In this document: positions 19,176-29,543 of the stretch, in pieces
Layout of the letters: every line of letters begins with the position of its first letter
Numbering within the stretch: the first letter of the stretch is position 1
Virus record (IMG/VR): IMGVR_UViG_3300021960_000024
Length of the DNA: 64,000 bases
DNA from: an uncultured virus (IMG/VR IMGVR_UViG_3300021960_000024)
Taxonomy: Duplodnaviria > Heunggongvirae > Uroviricota > Caudoviricetes
Reading direction: 5' to 3' (one strand)
Notes under the pieces: generated by a model
What the model saw: only the letters and a program-made list of their open reading frames with translations
Told to the model about the DNA's origin: nothing
Database searches by the model: none
Position numbers and translations under genes: made by a program

Positions 19176-19607
19176 ATGGTAGAGTTGGAGACAGAGGTTA
19201 AACTTCTCAAAAAAGAGTTGCAGGACCAAGCAAAAATACATGACCGTTTGGATGTTGCGATTGAAAAACTAACTGATGTCTCCAACTCTATTCATCGTAT
19301 GCTTGCCGTACATGAAGAGAAGATTGCTCGACAAGAAGAGGCCACCGTAGCAGCAGCTGCTAAACTAGAAATCCGTCGCACAGAATTGACTGCTAAGATA
19401 GACGAATTGCACTCTCGTATCACCACAAACACAAAAGAGATTATGACTGCTGCAGCTCAACAGCACACTGAACAGAACAAAGAGATACAGAAGATTAAGG
19501 ACGAACTTGCTGCAAGGGTGGGCGTCCTAGAGAAATGGCGGCATGTCCTTATCGGATCATCAATCGTCGCAGGATTTATTTTACACAAAATGGTGAATCT
19601 TACTTGA
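19176..19607 (+). CDS. Coiled-coil protein with a C-terminal TM segment
   Basis: AIEKLTDVSNSIHRMLAVHEEKI; C-terminal LEKWR followed by a hydrophobic helix. Confidence 0.65.
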   Translation: MVELETEVKLLKKELQDQAKIHDRLDVAIEKLTDVSNSIHRMLAVHEEKIARQEEATVAAAAKLEIRRTELTAKIDELHSRITTNTKEIMTAAAQQHTEQNKEIQKIKDELAARVGVLEKWRHVLIGSSIVAGFILHKMVNLT

Positions 19608-19632
19608 CATTTTACCATAGACCTGTTATTGT
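19604..19632 (+). promoter_or_regulatory. Sigma70-like promoter, probably giving a leaderless primase mRNA
   Basis: TTGACA-17-TATTGT; ATG 7 nt downstream. Confidence 0.55.
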
Positions 19633-19638
19633 CTATGA

Positions 19639-20634
19639 ATGTCTTATATTGATACAAAATACCTAAACATTATCAGCCCCTATCTTCAGCAGTTCAAGAA
19701 GAAGGGCGATAATCTATGGAACTTCCGTTGTCCCTATTGTGGGGATTCCCAGAAATCACGAATTAAGGCAAGGGGATTTGTCTTCCGTAAGAAGAATGAC
19801 CTGTTCTTCAAGTGTCATAATTGTGGCACTGGTGCGTCTTTAGGTAATCTGATCAAGACAATCGACTCAAAAACCTACAAAGACTATATAATGGAACGAT
19901 ACAAAAAGGGGGTCGAAACTCGCAGTAGTCCCCAGCCGGAGTTCAAATTCAATGCACCAGTGTTTCGCAAAAAGGGTATCCTTGAGGGGCTTAAATCTAT
20001 TAAGAACCTACCTGATGACCACCCAGCGAAACAGATTGTTGAAAGACGAAAACTCCCTGTGGAATCGCTCTCCGATTTGTATCTATGCGAGTCATTTTTT
20101 AAATTCACGAATTCGATAATCAAAGGTAAGTTTCCTTCTTTGGATGGTGATCATCCAAGGTTGCTTATTCCGTTCCGTGGTGAAGATGGTGAGGTGTTTG
20201 CGTATCAGGGTAGAGCCTTTGGTAATGAACAACCTAAGTATATCACCATCAAAATTGATGAAGATCGTGATAAGATTTTTGGTCTGGATAAGGTAGATAA
20301 GAGTAAACCTATTCTTGTTGTTGAAGGACCGTTAGATAGTCTGTTTCTAGATAACTGCATTGCAGTCGCCGGAGCAGACTTTAGTAATATGGAAGGTGAC
20401 CTCACAGTCATCTATGACAATGAACCTAGAAATAAGGAGATCAACAAACAGATAGAGAAGACGATTGATCAGGGGAAAAGCGTATGCCTGTGGCCTGATA
20501 ATATAGAATATAAGGATATCAACGATATGATAATTGCGGGATATTCTAAGAAAGAAATACAAGACATCATAACAAATAACACCTTCTCCGGTGTCGCAGC
20601 AAAGTTGAGGTTCGCAGATTGGAGAAGGATATAG
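19639..20634 (+). CDS. gp61: DNA primase (T4 gp61)
   Basis: NFRCPYCGDS zinc finger, CHNC, YQGR, VVEGPLDSLFL, KDIND. Confidence 0.95.
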   Translation: MSYIDTKYLNIISPYLQQFKKKGDNLWNFRCPYCGDSQKSRIKARGFVFRKKNDLFFKCHNCGTGASLGNLIKTIDSKTYKDYIMERYKKGVETRSSPQPEFKFNAPVFRKKGILEGLKSIKNLPDDHPAKQIVERRKLPVESLSDLYLCESFFKFTNSIIKGKFPSLDGDHPRLLIPFRGEDGEVFAYQGRAFGNEQPKYITIKIDEDRDKIFGLDKVDKSKPILVVEGPLDSLFLDNCIAVAGADFSNMEGDLTVIYDNEPRNKEINKQIEKTIDQGKSVCLWPDNIEYKDINDMIIAGYSKKEIQDIITNNTFSGVAAKLRFADWRRI

Positions 20635-20643
20635 GAGCAAGAA

Positions 20644-22449
20644 ATGGAAGTCGCAACCGCTGAAGTTGTATACCTCGAAACCACAGAAGACTACGTTGGA
20701 ATCAAAATAGACAGAACAAAAGATCAATCTCTATCAGAACAAGCTAAGAAGTTACTTACAGATTACTACCAGACAAAGGATGAGGTATCACCACAACAGG
20801 CATATGCACGAGCAGCGGTTGCGTATTCATATGGTGACATGGACCTTGCCCAACGCATTTACGATTATGTAAGTGACGGGTGGTTCATGTTTGCGTCACC
20901 TGTGTTATCCAATGCTCCTATGCCGGGTGAGAAGGTAAGAGCTCTTCCTATCTCTTGCTTTCTTACATATGTCCCCGATACACTGGAAGGACTGATTGAC
21001 CATTCTGCTGAGTTGCGGTGGTTGTCAGTCAAGGGTGGTGGAGTCGGGGGACATTGGAGTGATGTTCGTGCAGTGTCAGATAAGGCACCCGGACCTATGC
21101 CATTCATTCATACAGTGGACGCTGATATGACCGCATATCGACAGGGGAAGACCCGTAAGGGGTCATACGCTGCATACATGGATGTATCCCACCCTGATAT
21201 TATTGAGTTCCTTAATATGCGTATTCCTACAGGAGATGTCAATCGTAAGAACCTAAATCTGCACCATGCGGTGAATATCACGGATGCATTCATGCGAGCT
21301 GTAGAACGAGATGAGATGTGGGACTTGGTTGACCCTAACGAACAAGATGCCCGTGACAGTATGAAGGCAAGGAAGTTATGGGAGACAATCCTAGAGATTC
21401 GTTATCGCACAGGTGAACCCTATCTAAACTTCATTGATACTGCTAATCGTGCATTACCACAGACCATGAAAGACAAAGGATTAAAGATTAACGGGTCTAA
21501 CCTGTGTAATGAGATTCATCTACCTACCAATGATGACCGCACTGCTGTGTGTTGCTTATCATCTGTCAATCTGGAGAAGTATGACGAATGGAAGGACACA
21601 CCAATGATTCGTGACCTTATTCGATTCCTAGACAACGTACTTCAGTTCTTCATTGACAATTCTGGTGATGAGATTAGTCGTGCTCGTTTCTCTGCTTCAC
21701 AAGAACGATCCCTTGGTTTGGGTGCAATGGGTTGGCATTCCTATCTACACAAGAATCATATTCCTTTTGAGTCCGATACTGCTGCGGTTAAGAACATTCA
21801 AATCTTTGAACATATCAAATCAGAGGCAGTTGCAGAGACATTAAAACTAGCAACAGAAAGTGGTGAGTGTCCAGACATGGAACGCACAGGTCGTCGCAAT
21901 TCCCATCTATTGGCCATTGCACCTAATGCTAACAGTTCTATTATCTGTGGTACATCACCATCTATTGAACCTAGTAAGGCAAATGCATACACGCATAGAA
22001 CCCGTGCTGGTTCACATCTGGTCAAGGACAAGTATCTTGAAGCGGAATTGATGAAGGTAAATAAGAATGATGCGACAACTTGGAGTTCAATCATCACCAA
22101 TGGTGGTTCTGTTCAACATCTAAGTTTTCTGTCACCAGAGGTAAAGAGTATATTTAGGACTGCTATTGAAATTAACCAGAACGCAATCGTAACTCAAGCC
22201 GCAGATCGTCAAAAGTATCTATGTCAGGGTCAGTCTCTAAATATATTCTTTCCATCAGGAGCATCGAAGGTAGACCTACATAAAGTACACTATAATGCTT
22301 GGAAGTTGGGATGTAAGGGGTTGTATTACTTACGAACAGAAACTTCAAACAAAGCAGAGAACGTATCAACCAAGGTAGTGCGTGAAGCACTGAAAGATTA
22401 TGAGACTCAGGCTATGAGTCAAGAGGAGTGTGTTGCGTGTCAGGGATAA
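20644..22449 (+). CDS. nrdA: Ribonucleotide reductase class I alpha subunit
   Basis: PISCF, GSNLCNEI, VCCLSS, AIAPNANSS, LYYLR, C-terminal CVAC. Confidence 0.95.
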   Translation: MEVATAEVVYLETTEDYVGIKIDRTKDQSLSEQAKKLLTDYYQTKDEVSPQQAYARAAVAYSYGDMDLAQRIYDYVSDGWFMFASPVLSNAPMPGEKVRALPISCFLTYVPDTLEGLIDHSAELRWLSVKGGGVGGHWSDVRAVSDKAPGPMPFIHTVDADMTAYRQGKTRKGSYAAYMDVSHPDIIEFLNMRIPTGDVNRKNLNLHHAVNITDAFMRAVERDEMWDLVDPNEQDARDSMKARKLWETILEIRYRTGEPYLNFIDTANRALPQTMKDKGLKINGSNLCNEIHLPTNDDRTAVCCLSSVNLEKYDEWKDTPMIRDLIRFLDNVLQFFIDNSGDEISRARFSASQERSLGLGAMGWHSYLHKNHIPFESDTAAVKNIQIFEHIKSEAVAETLKLATESGECPDMERTGRRNSHLLAIAPNANSSIICGTSPSIEPSKANAYTHRTRAGSHLVKDKYLEAELMKVNKNDATTWSSIITNGGSVQHLSFLSPEVKSIFRTAIEINQNAIVTQAADRQKYLCQGQSLNIFFPSGASKVDLHKVHYNAWKLGCKGLYYLRTETSNKAENVSTKVVREALKDYETQAMSQEECVACQG

Positions 22450-23687
22450 GAGTAGTAACAAAAACAGATTGTCCATTTTGTTCGATGGCAAAGAATTGGT
22501 TGAAGGAACATGCGTTTGAGTATGAAGAAGAGTTGATTGATAATGAAGAGGAACGTCTTGCGTTCTATCAGACAATCAATGGTGCTACCGAAGTGGTAGG
22601 TGAGATGAATACTCGTAGAGTTAATTCTGTTCCTCAAATCTTCATTGATGACAAACGTATCGGTGGGTATGATGAACTAATGAAGGTAGGCGATGATCTA
22701 TTAAAGAAACGTAGTGGTGGTGGACTATTGCAGTTCAGTGAAACCTATAAACCTTTTCACTACCCGTGGGCAGTAGAGATTACCACACGACATGAGAAGG
22801 CACACTGGATTGAGGACGAACTTGATTTGTCAGAAGATGTATCAGATTGGAAGTCCGGTAAGGTCACTCAGGTTGAGAAAGATTACGTCACCAATATTCT
22901 ACGTCTGTTCACACAGTCAGATGTTGCAGTGGGTCAGAACTACTATGACCAGTTCATTCCCAAGTTCAAGAATAATGAAATCCGTAACATGCTTGGTTCC
23001 TTTGCAGCTCGTGAGGGTATTCATCAACGGGCATATGCTCTACTGAATGAGACACTTGGATTACCAGACAGTGAGTACCATGCATTTCTTGAATACAAGG
23101 AGATGGTCAATAAGATTGAGTTCATGCAGGAGTCCGACAATACTACCATGAAGGGGCTAGGACTTGCACTTGCAAAGTCTGTGTTCAACGAGGGTGTTGC
23201 ACTGTTTGCATCATTTGTTATGCTTCTCAACTTCCAACGGTTCGGTAAGATGAAGGGTATGGGCAAGGTTGTCGAGTGGTCAATCCGTGATGAGTCTATG
23301 CATGTCGAAGGAAACGCAAAGGTGTTTCGTCAGTTCTGTGTTGAACACCCCAAGGTGGTTGACGATGATTTCAAGGGAGACATTTATACAATGGCTCGAC
23401 TTGCAGTCAAGTTGGAAGACAAGTTCGTTGACCTTGCTTATAAGATGGGTGAGATTGAAGGTCTAGATGCGTCTGAAGTAAAATCATATATAAGGTATAT
23501 AACAGACAGACGTTTGTTGCAGTTGGGTTTGAAAACCAATTTCAAGGTGAAGGAAAATCCTTTACCTTGGTTAGAGTGGGTACTGAATGGTGCAGATCAT
23601 ACTAACTTTTTTGAGAACCGTGTTACGGAGTATGAGGTGGCAGGATTATCAGGTAACTGGGATGACGCATATGAGGCAGTAGATTGA
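22437..23687 (+). CDS. nrdB: Glutaredoxin fused to ribonucleotide reductase beta subunit
   Basis: N-terminal CPFC, SVPQIF, IGGYDEL; then EGIHQRAY, DESMH, NFFENRVTEY. Confidence 0.93.
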   Translation: MSGIRVVTKTDCPFCSMAKNWLKEHAFEYEEELIDNEEERLAFYQTINGATEVVGEMNTRRVNSVPQIFIDDKRIGGYDELMKVGDDLLKKRSGGGLLQFSETYKPFHYPWAVEITTRHEKAHWIEDELDLSEDVSDWKSGKVTQVEKDYVTNILRLFTQSDVAVGQNYYDQFIPKFKNNEIRNMLGSFAAREGIHQRAYALLNETLGLPDSEYHAFLEYKEMVNKIEFMQESDNTTMKGLGLALAKSVFNEGVALFASFVMLLNFQRFGKMKGMGKVVEWSIRDESMHVEGNAKVFRQFCVEHPKVVDDDFKGDIYTMARLAVKLEDKFVDLAYKMGEIEGLDASEVKSYIRYITDRRLLQLGLKTNFKVKENPLPWLEWVLNGADHTNFFENRVTEYEVAGLSGNWDDAYEAVD

Positions 23688-23836
23688 AACTTATAGTATG
23701 TGAAGAATGTGAAGCTGAGTTTCGTATTAAACATGGGATGGATGATCATTATTATTTTATAAAGTTTTGTGTATTCTGTGGGGGTGAGCTCGCAGAAGAA
23801 CTTGAAGATGAAGTAGAAGAGTACGGTGATGAGTAA
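23684..23836 (+). CDS. Small zinc-ribbon protein
   Basis: CEEC...FCVFCG and an acidic tail. Confidence 0.55.
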   Translation: MKLIVCEECEAEFRIKHGMDDHYYFIKFCVFCGGELAEELEDEVEEYGDE

Positions 23837-24260
23837 TTTTTATATTACTGGAACAAGGAGAGGTCTTGGTCAAGCACTTAGTATATTCTATGACACAGTA
23901 GATACTCTAGAAGAATGTGATGTGTTCATTAATTGTAAGCACGATGGGTTTCAACAAGTTGATCTATTATATAAGGCTGCTGAACTCAACAAACGTATAA
24001 TCAACATAGGGTCAAACTCACCGGATCAACGTGGAAATAGGATTAGAACTTATCCAACTGAAAAAGCAGCACTAGACTTTGCTAACGATCAATTATATTA
24101 TCTAGGAATAGATACGACGATTGTAAGGTTTGGTCGTTTTGATACTGATAGGGTTGCTCATATTGACGCACCAAAAATGACTGTATCATATTGTGTGGGC
24201 GTGATTGATTGGATTCTTAATCAACCATATAGAGTTAAAGACATTACGGTTACACCATGA
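23826..24260 (+). CDS. Minimal short-chain dehydrogenase-like protein
   Basis: ITGTRRGLG, INIGS, YPTEK (YxxxK). Confidence 0.6.
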   Translation: MMSNFYITGTRRGLGQALSIFYDTVDTLEECDVFINCKHDGFQQVDLLYKAAELNKRIINIGSNSPDQRGNRIRTYPTEKAALDFANDQLYYLGIDTTIVRFGRFDTDRVAHIDAPKMTVSYCVGVIDWILNQPYRVKDITVTP

Positions 24261-24412
24261 ACATGTGGAAATATTGGTGTAAGGCAATTGGGTCTAAATC
24301 ATTTGATGAAGATAAAAAAGCAGACAGGGTTGCAATAATCAGGACTGTCTGGGTTATCCTACATATAGTAACGTGTTTTGCTATCATTGCAAACGCTTGG
24401 AGACAATGGTGA
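24257..24412 (+). CDS. Small membrane protein
   Basis: MNMWKYWCKAIG..ADRVAIIRTVWVILHIVTCFAIIANA. Confidence 0.55.
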   Translation: MNMWKYWCKAIGSKSFDEDKKADRVAIIRTVWVILHIVTCFAIIANAWRQW

Positions 24413-24747
24413 AAACGAGTTCAGCAAAGGCAAAAGGTCGTAGATTCCAACAGTGGGTTCGTGATCAGCTGATTGAACAACTTGACGTACATCCAGAGGA
24501 TGTAGAGTCTCGCAGTATGGGTGCAGGGGGTGAAGACCTTATCATGGCCCGTGCTGCGAGAGAGAAGTTTCCGTATTCTATTGAGTGTAAGAACCAAGAA
24601 TCCCTTAATGTGTGGAAATCATACGAACAAGCAGAGTCAAACTCTGGTGATTATGAACCCGTAGTGTTCATTAAACGCAACAACCAAAAACCTCTTGTAG
24701 TGGTTGATGCTGAATATTTCGTTAAATTACACGAAAAATCGTCCTAA
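24406..24747 (+). CDS. PD-(D/E)xK nuclease, Holliday junction resolvase-like
   Basis: KAKGRRFQQWV, GEDL, SIECKNQE. Confidence 0.7.
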   Translation: MVKTSSAKAKGRRFQQWVRDQLIEQLDVHPEDVESRSMGAGGEDLIMARAAREKFPYSIECKNQESLNVWKSYEQAESNSGDYEPVVFIKRNNQKPLVVVDAEYFVKLHEKSS

Positions 24748-24786
24748 ACGAATCGAATAACCTAAATATCCATAGGAGAATACCGT

Positions 24787-25065
24787 ATGGAAATCTTTGG
24801 TGTTATTGCTGAGTTAGGTTTTACCATCACTGCTGTACTAGGTGGTGGTGTTTTTATTGTTATTCTCCTAAAATATATTCTCGCTTCTGTTGTGGATGCG
24901 GCGTCAAATTTGAATATGTTGATTTCGGCGTTGGATAACCGTGTCAAAACTCTTAATAATGAAATTGTACGATTAGATTCTTTGGTATGCCATGTATTGG
25001 GTGTGAAGCCAGATGTCAGAAGGATGTCTGCGGCCGATGGCAAGGAGGATGCCAGAAAGGATTAG
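24787..25065 (+). CDS. Membrane protein preceding the curli-like locus
   Basis: TM helix plus coiled coil; RBS AGGAG; CCTAAATA upstream. Confidence 0.6.
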   Translation: MEIFGVIAELGFTITAVLGGGVFIVILLKYILASVVDAASNLNMLISALDNRVKTLNNEIVRLDSLVCHVLGVKPDVRRMSAADGKEDARKD

Positions 25066-25069
25066 TTGT

Positions 25070-25324
25070 GTGGAAGATATTATTAAAGCGGTTCAAGACG
25101 AAGGTATAACTGTTGTCATGGCTGTTGGTATGGGTTATTTTATATTTTTTATATGGAAGTATGTGACTCAACAAATTTTACCCGCACTCGACAAAGCTAC
25201 GATGACAACTATATCTCTCATTGACAGAGTAAGGATGCTTGATAATGACATGATAAGAATGGACCAGAAAATCAATACGATTCTGGAACTTCGTGACATA
25301 GAAAAGGAGAAGAAGGATGAGTAG
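25070..25324 (+). CDS. Membrane protein resembling the preceding gene
   Basis: TM helix; LIDRVRMLDNDMIRMD resembles ALDNRVKTLNNEIVRLD. Confidence 0.55.
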   Translation: MEDIIKAVQDEGITVVMAVGMGYFIFFIWKYVTQQILPALDKATMTTISLIDRVRMLDNDMIRMDQKINTILELRDIEKEKKDE

Positions 25325-25871
25325 GAACTTTTTCAGTCTAAAAACAGGTCATCATGCTTCTGATGTATTCTTTAAAAATCAGGCAATCTGGCACGATAGT
25401 GATATGCTCAAATCATTCTTGATAGGGGCATTTGTCGGTGCGCTCTTTGCTTTCGGATGTGCATTCCTCTCACCTTCACATGCTGGGGAACTTACTCACA
25501 CATGGAAGTCACCCGCATTTAGTGGTCAGGGATACAGCGCACATGTTTTGACCATTGAGAACCAAGAGTTTTCAAGGTCGCAAGCAATTAGAGAAAAGAA
25601 AGAAGCTGCTGAACGTCAAGCAATACGAGATGCTGCAAATACAAACCTTTCTAAATTTATGAAGAATGTGGAATCAAGAATATATGCACAACTTTCAAAA
25701 CAACTAGTAGATAGTATGTTTGGAGAAGAGGCTTCAACTTCCGGTACAGTTACTTTTGAGGGTACAACAATTAGTTATGTCAAAAGTAGCGAAACCGTAG
25801 ATTTAACGATTGTGGATGCAAATGGTAGTACGACTGTTATCACTGTTCCTGTTGGCGACTTTACTTTCTAG
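25317..25871 (+). CDS. csgF: Curli assembly protein CsgF-like
   Basis: Signal peptide, then ELTHTWKSPAFSG and ESRIYAQLSKQLVDSMFG. Confidence 0.8.
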   Translation: MSRNFFSLKTGHHASDVFFKNQAIWHDSDMLKSFLIGAFVGALFAFGCAFLSPSHAGELTHTWKSPAFSGQGYSAHVLTIENQEFSRSQAIREKKEAAERQAIRDAANTNLSKFMKNVESRIYAQLSKQLVDSMFGEEASTSGTVTFEGTTISYVKSSETVDLTIVDANGSTTVITVPVGDFTF

Positions 25872-26610
25872 TTGTGCGAGCATCCAACCACAGGATGCTC
25901 CTGTACCTAGTACTGTGCCGTTAGTAGATGAACTATACAACATAACACCACCTGAACGTAAGGTGCCGGTTGCGGTGTATAAGTTCAATGACGTAACAGG
26001 ACAAAGAAAATCCAGCTCATCACTTGCATTACTAAGTAGTGCAGTGACACAAGGTGGAGATATATGGTTAATCCAAGCCCTAAAGAAAGCAGGTAAGGGC
26101 GAGTGGTTTCAAGTCATAGAAAGAATGGAACTGGAAAATCTGTTAAAAGAAAGACAGATTATACGAAACACAAGAAAGAACTATGACGGAGATACGGCAG
26201 AAAAGATTAAACCCCTATTGTTTGCGGGAGTATTGCTGACAGGGGGCATAGTTGGGTATGACACCAATACAAGTACAGGTGGTATGGGGGTAAGATATCT
26301 GGGTATTGGTGTATCTGATGAATATCGTAAGGACATGGTAACAGTGGCTTTACGATTAATATCTGTACAGACAGGTGAAGTACTTTTGGCAGTCAGTTCT
26401 CAGAAAACTATTCTGAGTACAAAGTTATCTGCCACAGTGTTTAAATTTTTAGATATGGGAACTAAATTGCTGGAGACTGAAGCAGGGATAACGGACAATG
26501 AGTCCACTACCTACGCTGTGAGAAAAGCAATTGAACAAGCAGTTATTGAAATAATCAAGGAAGGTGAGCAAAAAGAATTATGGAAATTTAAAGAGGAGAA
26601 AATCAAATGA
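25822..26610 (+). CDS. csgG: Curli secretion channel CsgG-like lipoprotein
   Basis: Lipobox LLSSC; VAVYKFNDVTGQRK, SSAVTQG, LENLLKERQIIR, GGIVGYDTN, LRLISVQTGEVL. Confidence 0.92.
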   Translation: MVVRLLSLFLLATLLSSCASIQPQDAPVPSTVPLVDELYNITPPERKVPVAVYKFNDVTGQRKSSSSLALLSSAVTQGGDIWLIQALKKAGKGEWFQVIERMELENLLKERQIIRNTRKNYDGDTAEKIKPLLFAGVLLTGGIVGYDTNTSTGGMGVRYLGIGVSDEYRKDMVTVALRLISVQTGEVLLAVSSQKTILSTKLSATVFKFLDMGTKLLETEAGITDNESTTYAVRKAIEQAVIEIIKEGEQKELWKFKEEKIK

Positions 26611-27290
26611 GAACGAGCATACTTACAATACTCGCTTACTTTGTTATGTGTAGTGTGAGTTATGCGAGCGACGTATACATAACACAGTCTGGTGCGAGCC
26701 TGACTGCAAACATCAATCAAGATGGACAGACCAATAAGTTCGGTGATGATACAACTGATGTTACTCTAACAGGTGACAGCCAGACGTTAGACATTGATCA
26801 GGTTGGTAACACTAACACCATTGCTGCATCTGTTGTCGGTGCAACACAGACATTGACAATAAATCAGACAGGTAATAGTAATACGTCTAACGTATCTGTT
26901 GGTGCTAACTCTGCATCTGATGACAATAGTATTATCCAAACAATCACTGGCAGTTCAAATACAACAACAGTGAACGTGGGTAATAATGCTGCAACCGATG
27001 ATGCTGATATTGATATCACTGCGACAGGCGATAGCAATACTATTACAGTAAATGAAAACAGCACTGCTACAATGGGTGTTGGTGACAAGAAGGTGACGAA
27101 CATCACAGCTATCGGCGGGAGTAATACGATTACATCAACACACACTGGTGCTGCTGATCAAGACACAACTCTTCATCACACTGGTTCATCTAGCACATTT
27201 TCAATTACACAGGGTGGTGCCTATGATGGAGCTGTAGATGTGACAACAGTGGGGTCAAATCACAGTGTTACGATTACTATGGACGATTAG
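26607..27290 (+). CDS. Curlin-like secreted repeat protein
   Basis: Signal peptide; about 23-aa repeats of the form I-x-Q-x-G-x-x-N. Confidence 0.75.
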   Translation: MRTSILTILAYFVMCSVSYASDVYITQSGASLTANINQDGQTNKFGDDTTDVTLTGDSQTLDIDQVGNTNTIAASVVGATQTLTINQTGNSNTSNVSVGANSASDDNSIIQTITGSSNTTTVNVGNNAATDDADIDITATGDSNTITVNENSTATMGVGDKKVTNITAIGGSNTITSTHTGAADQDTTLHHTGSSSTFSITQGGAYDGAVDVTTVGSNHSVTITMDD

Positions 27291-28326
27291 TATCATTCTC
27301 TTTAGTACCAGTGCTTATGGTGCTATTGGAAATGTGGTGAAACACAAAGGGAATGCTTCTGTAGAACGGTCAGGTGAAAACTCTGTTTTGCAAAAGGGTT
27401 CTGATATCGAGTTCAAGGACACGGTGAAAACTGGTAAAGGCGATGTTGGTATCAAGTTTGTTGATGACACCAACGTAGCAGTGAGTGCCCACAGTGCCTT
27501 GGTTATCGATGAGTTTATCTATGACCCTAACTCTAGAAAGGGGTCGAAGTTGGTTATGAATATTGCACTTGGCACGGTGCGTTATGCGAGTGGTAATATT
27601 GCGAAGTTGAATAATCAGAACGTGGACATTCGGACACCAACAGCAAGAATTGGTGTGTTGGGAACGGCGTTCAGTATGACGGTGGATGAGGTTGGTAAGT
27701 CTTTAATTATTCTGTTACCTAATAAAGACGGGACAGTGGGTAAGATATCGGTGGAGACTGATGTAGGACAGGTTATAATGAATCAAGCATTTCAGTCAAC
27801 TGTGGTTGGTACAGGAGAAGCAAAACCATCCAAACCAGTGATACTAGATTTGACACTAGACCAGATTAACAACTTATTGATTATCAAACCACCAAAGAAG
27901 AAACTTATCAAATTGCTTAGTGACTCAAAGGCAAACAAGAATTTACTTGATATTGATTTTCTTGAGTTTGCCGCTTTAGATAAGAATGAGCTAGAGGAAG
28001 ACTTGTTTGAGTTTAACGAGTTGGACATTAACGATTTGGATGTGGAGTTACTAGGTAACATTCTTGACCAGATTGCTCTTGCTTTGGCTCAGTCAGAGTT
28101 GATAGATGGTAGGACAAGTGGATTTAATAAGTCAACACAAGTTAATACACTGGTAGACGGAAACAGCACACGAATCATACGAAGGGTAGGAAACAATACA
28201 ATAGAACTAGACTTGATAAACGACTATGGATATACAATCAACATTACACAGGGTACACCCGTGCCGGAGATAACAACAAGAGATGAAGACGCTTCTAATA
28301 TCATTACTATTACTCAGTCTGACTAA
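27265..28326 (+). CDS. Secreted FecR-domain protein
   Basis: Signal peptide; DTVKTG, IKFVDDT, IRTPTARIGVLGTAF. Confidence 0.8.
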   Translation: MLRLLWTISIILFSTSAYGAIGNVVKHKGNASVERSGENSVLQKGSDIEFKDTVKTGKGDVGIKFVDDTNVAVSAHSALVIDEFIYDPNSRKGSKLVMNIALGTVRYASGNIAKLNNQNVDIRTPTARIGVLGTAFSMTVDEVGKSLIILLPNKDGTVGKISVETDVGQVIMNQAFQSTVVGTGEAKPSKPVILDLTLDQINNLLIIKPPKKKLIKLLSDSKANKNLLDIDFLEFAALDKNELEEDLFEFNELDINDLDVELLGNILDQIALALAQSELIDGRTSGFNKSTQVNTLVDGNSTRIIRRVGNNTIELDLINDYGYTINITQGTPVPEITTRDEDASNIITITQSD

Positions 28327-29068
28327 CATTGCTTTTGCAGGCAATTCAGTTATAATCAATCAAGTTACCACTGGTAATTCGAATAGTATCACTGTGGATG
28401 TAGATGGAAATGATAATGAAATTAATATGAGTCATGGCGGTGGAAACAATACCATCAACATAACACAAGAGGGTAAAGACGGTTACGTTGGATATACTTC
28501 TGCTTGGGGCTCTGGTGCATCATGGGGTGGTGACCTCGACGGCGACAGTAATTCTCTATTGGTAAAACAATTGTGCAATCAATCAACCTGTGGTGGAGAC
28601 AGGTTTGAATTTCACATAAAGGGCGATAGTAATGATGTTGAGTTTTATCAGGGATATACCGTGACAGCTGGCGGTGTTGCTTCGTCTGATACAGTAGAAC
28701 ATGGTGGTCATTCTATAATACTTGATATTCACGGGTCAAGCAATACATTTTTAGGAAGTCAAAGGTCAAATAACTCTGGACATGAACATAGCATGGTGAC
28801 CTATATATACGGAGATAGCAACGATATTTACATGCGACAAGATAGTAACGTGAGTAAAACAATGAACTTGACTGTGAATAACGATACTAATAATATTGAT
28901 ATGGTACAAACTGGTAATGCTGCACACAGTGCTACAGTAACAGTTTCGGGGTCTTACTCAACAACTCTAGACCTAAAACAACAGGGCGGCACAGCACAAT
29001 CGTATAGTCTATCGCAAAGTTGTGCGACAGTGGGGGGATGCAGTGTAAGCGTTACACAAGGGAATTGA
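28283..29068 (+). CDS. Second curlin-like secreted repeat protein
   Basis: Signal peptide; N/G/Q-rich repeats; C-terminal CATVGGCSVSVTQ. Confidence 0.7.
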   Translation: MKTLLISLLLLSLTNIAFAGNSVIINQVTTGNSNSITVDVDGNDNEINMSHGGGNNTINITQEGKDGYVGYTSAWGSGASWGGDLDGDSNSLLVKQLCNQSTCGGDRFEFHIKGDSNDVEFYQGYTVTAGGVASSDTVEHGGHSIILDIHGSSNTFLGSQRSNNSGHEHSMVTYIYGDSNDIYMRQDSNVSKTMNLTVNNDTNNIDMVQTGNAAHSATVTVSGSYSTTLDLKQQGGTAQSYSLSQSCATVGGCSVSVTQGN

Positions 29069-29069
29069 A

Positions 29070-29543
29070 ATGAAAACATTTATTGAGTTTGGCGCCCCAT
29101 GTAATATGAGAGGGTTAGAAACTATCCCATATAGTATTACAAAAGCGAAAAAAGAAGGTTATAGAACAATTGCAATAGACTGTAAGAGCCGAGATTTTCA
29201 TTTCACACCAGAATATATTAAAGTTGTAGACAAAACATATTATAATTATTGGAGTGATGACATAGATATTCCTTTAGCAGATAAATGGATTTCATATGCT
29301 TCACTTGAACATTGTCCTAAAGAAAGAGTTTTAAAAGAGGTTGAAGGTATTGCAAAAAAAGTTAAAGGCAGTGGGGAATTGTCAATTGACTTATCACAAC
29401 ATGTCCACGGGCCGTGGACATACCTAAATAATATACAAACATCTGAATGGATAGATATTATGGATAATTTTTTTATATACATATTTGAAGAAGATTTAGA
29501 CGATGAGATGATATATTTTAGAAATTGTGTGGCGGCGCTATGA
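29070..29543 (+). CDS. Possible SAM-dependent methyltransferase-like protein (AT-rich insert)
   Basis: IEFGA, IAID, SLEH; AT-richer than its neighbours. Confidence 0.4.
   Translation: MKTFIEFGAPCNMRGLETIPYSITKAKKEGYRTIAIDCKSRDFHFTPEYIKVVDKTYYNYWSDDIDIPLADKWISYASLEHCPKERVLKEVEGIAKKVKGSGELSIDLSQHVHGPWTYLNNIQTSEWIDIMDNFFIYIFEEDLDDEMIYFRNCVAAL

Noticed and set aside
20644..23687. Introns or inteins in nrdA and nrdB
   Set aside because: Both frames are continuous, of compact length and without splicing motifs
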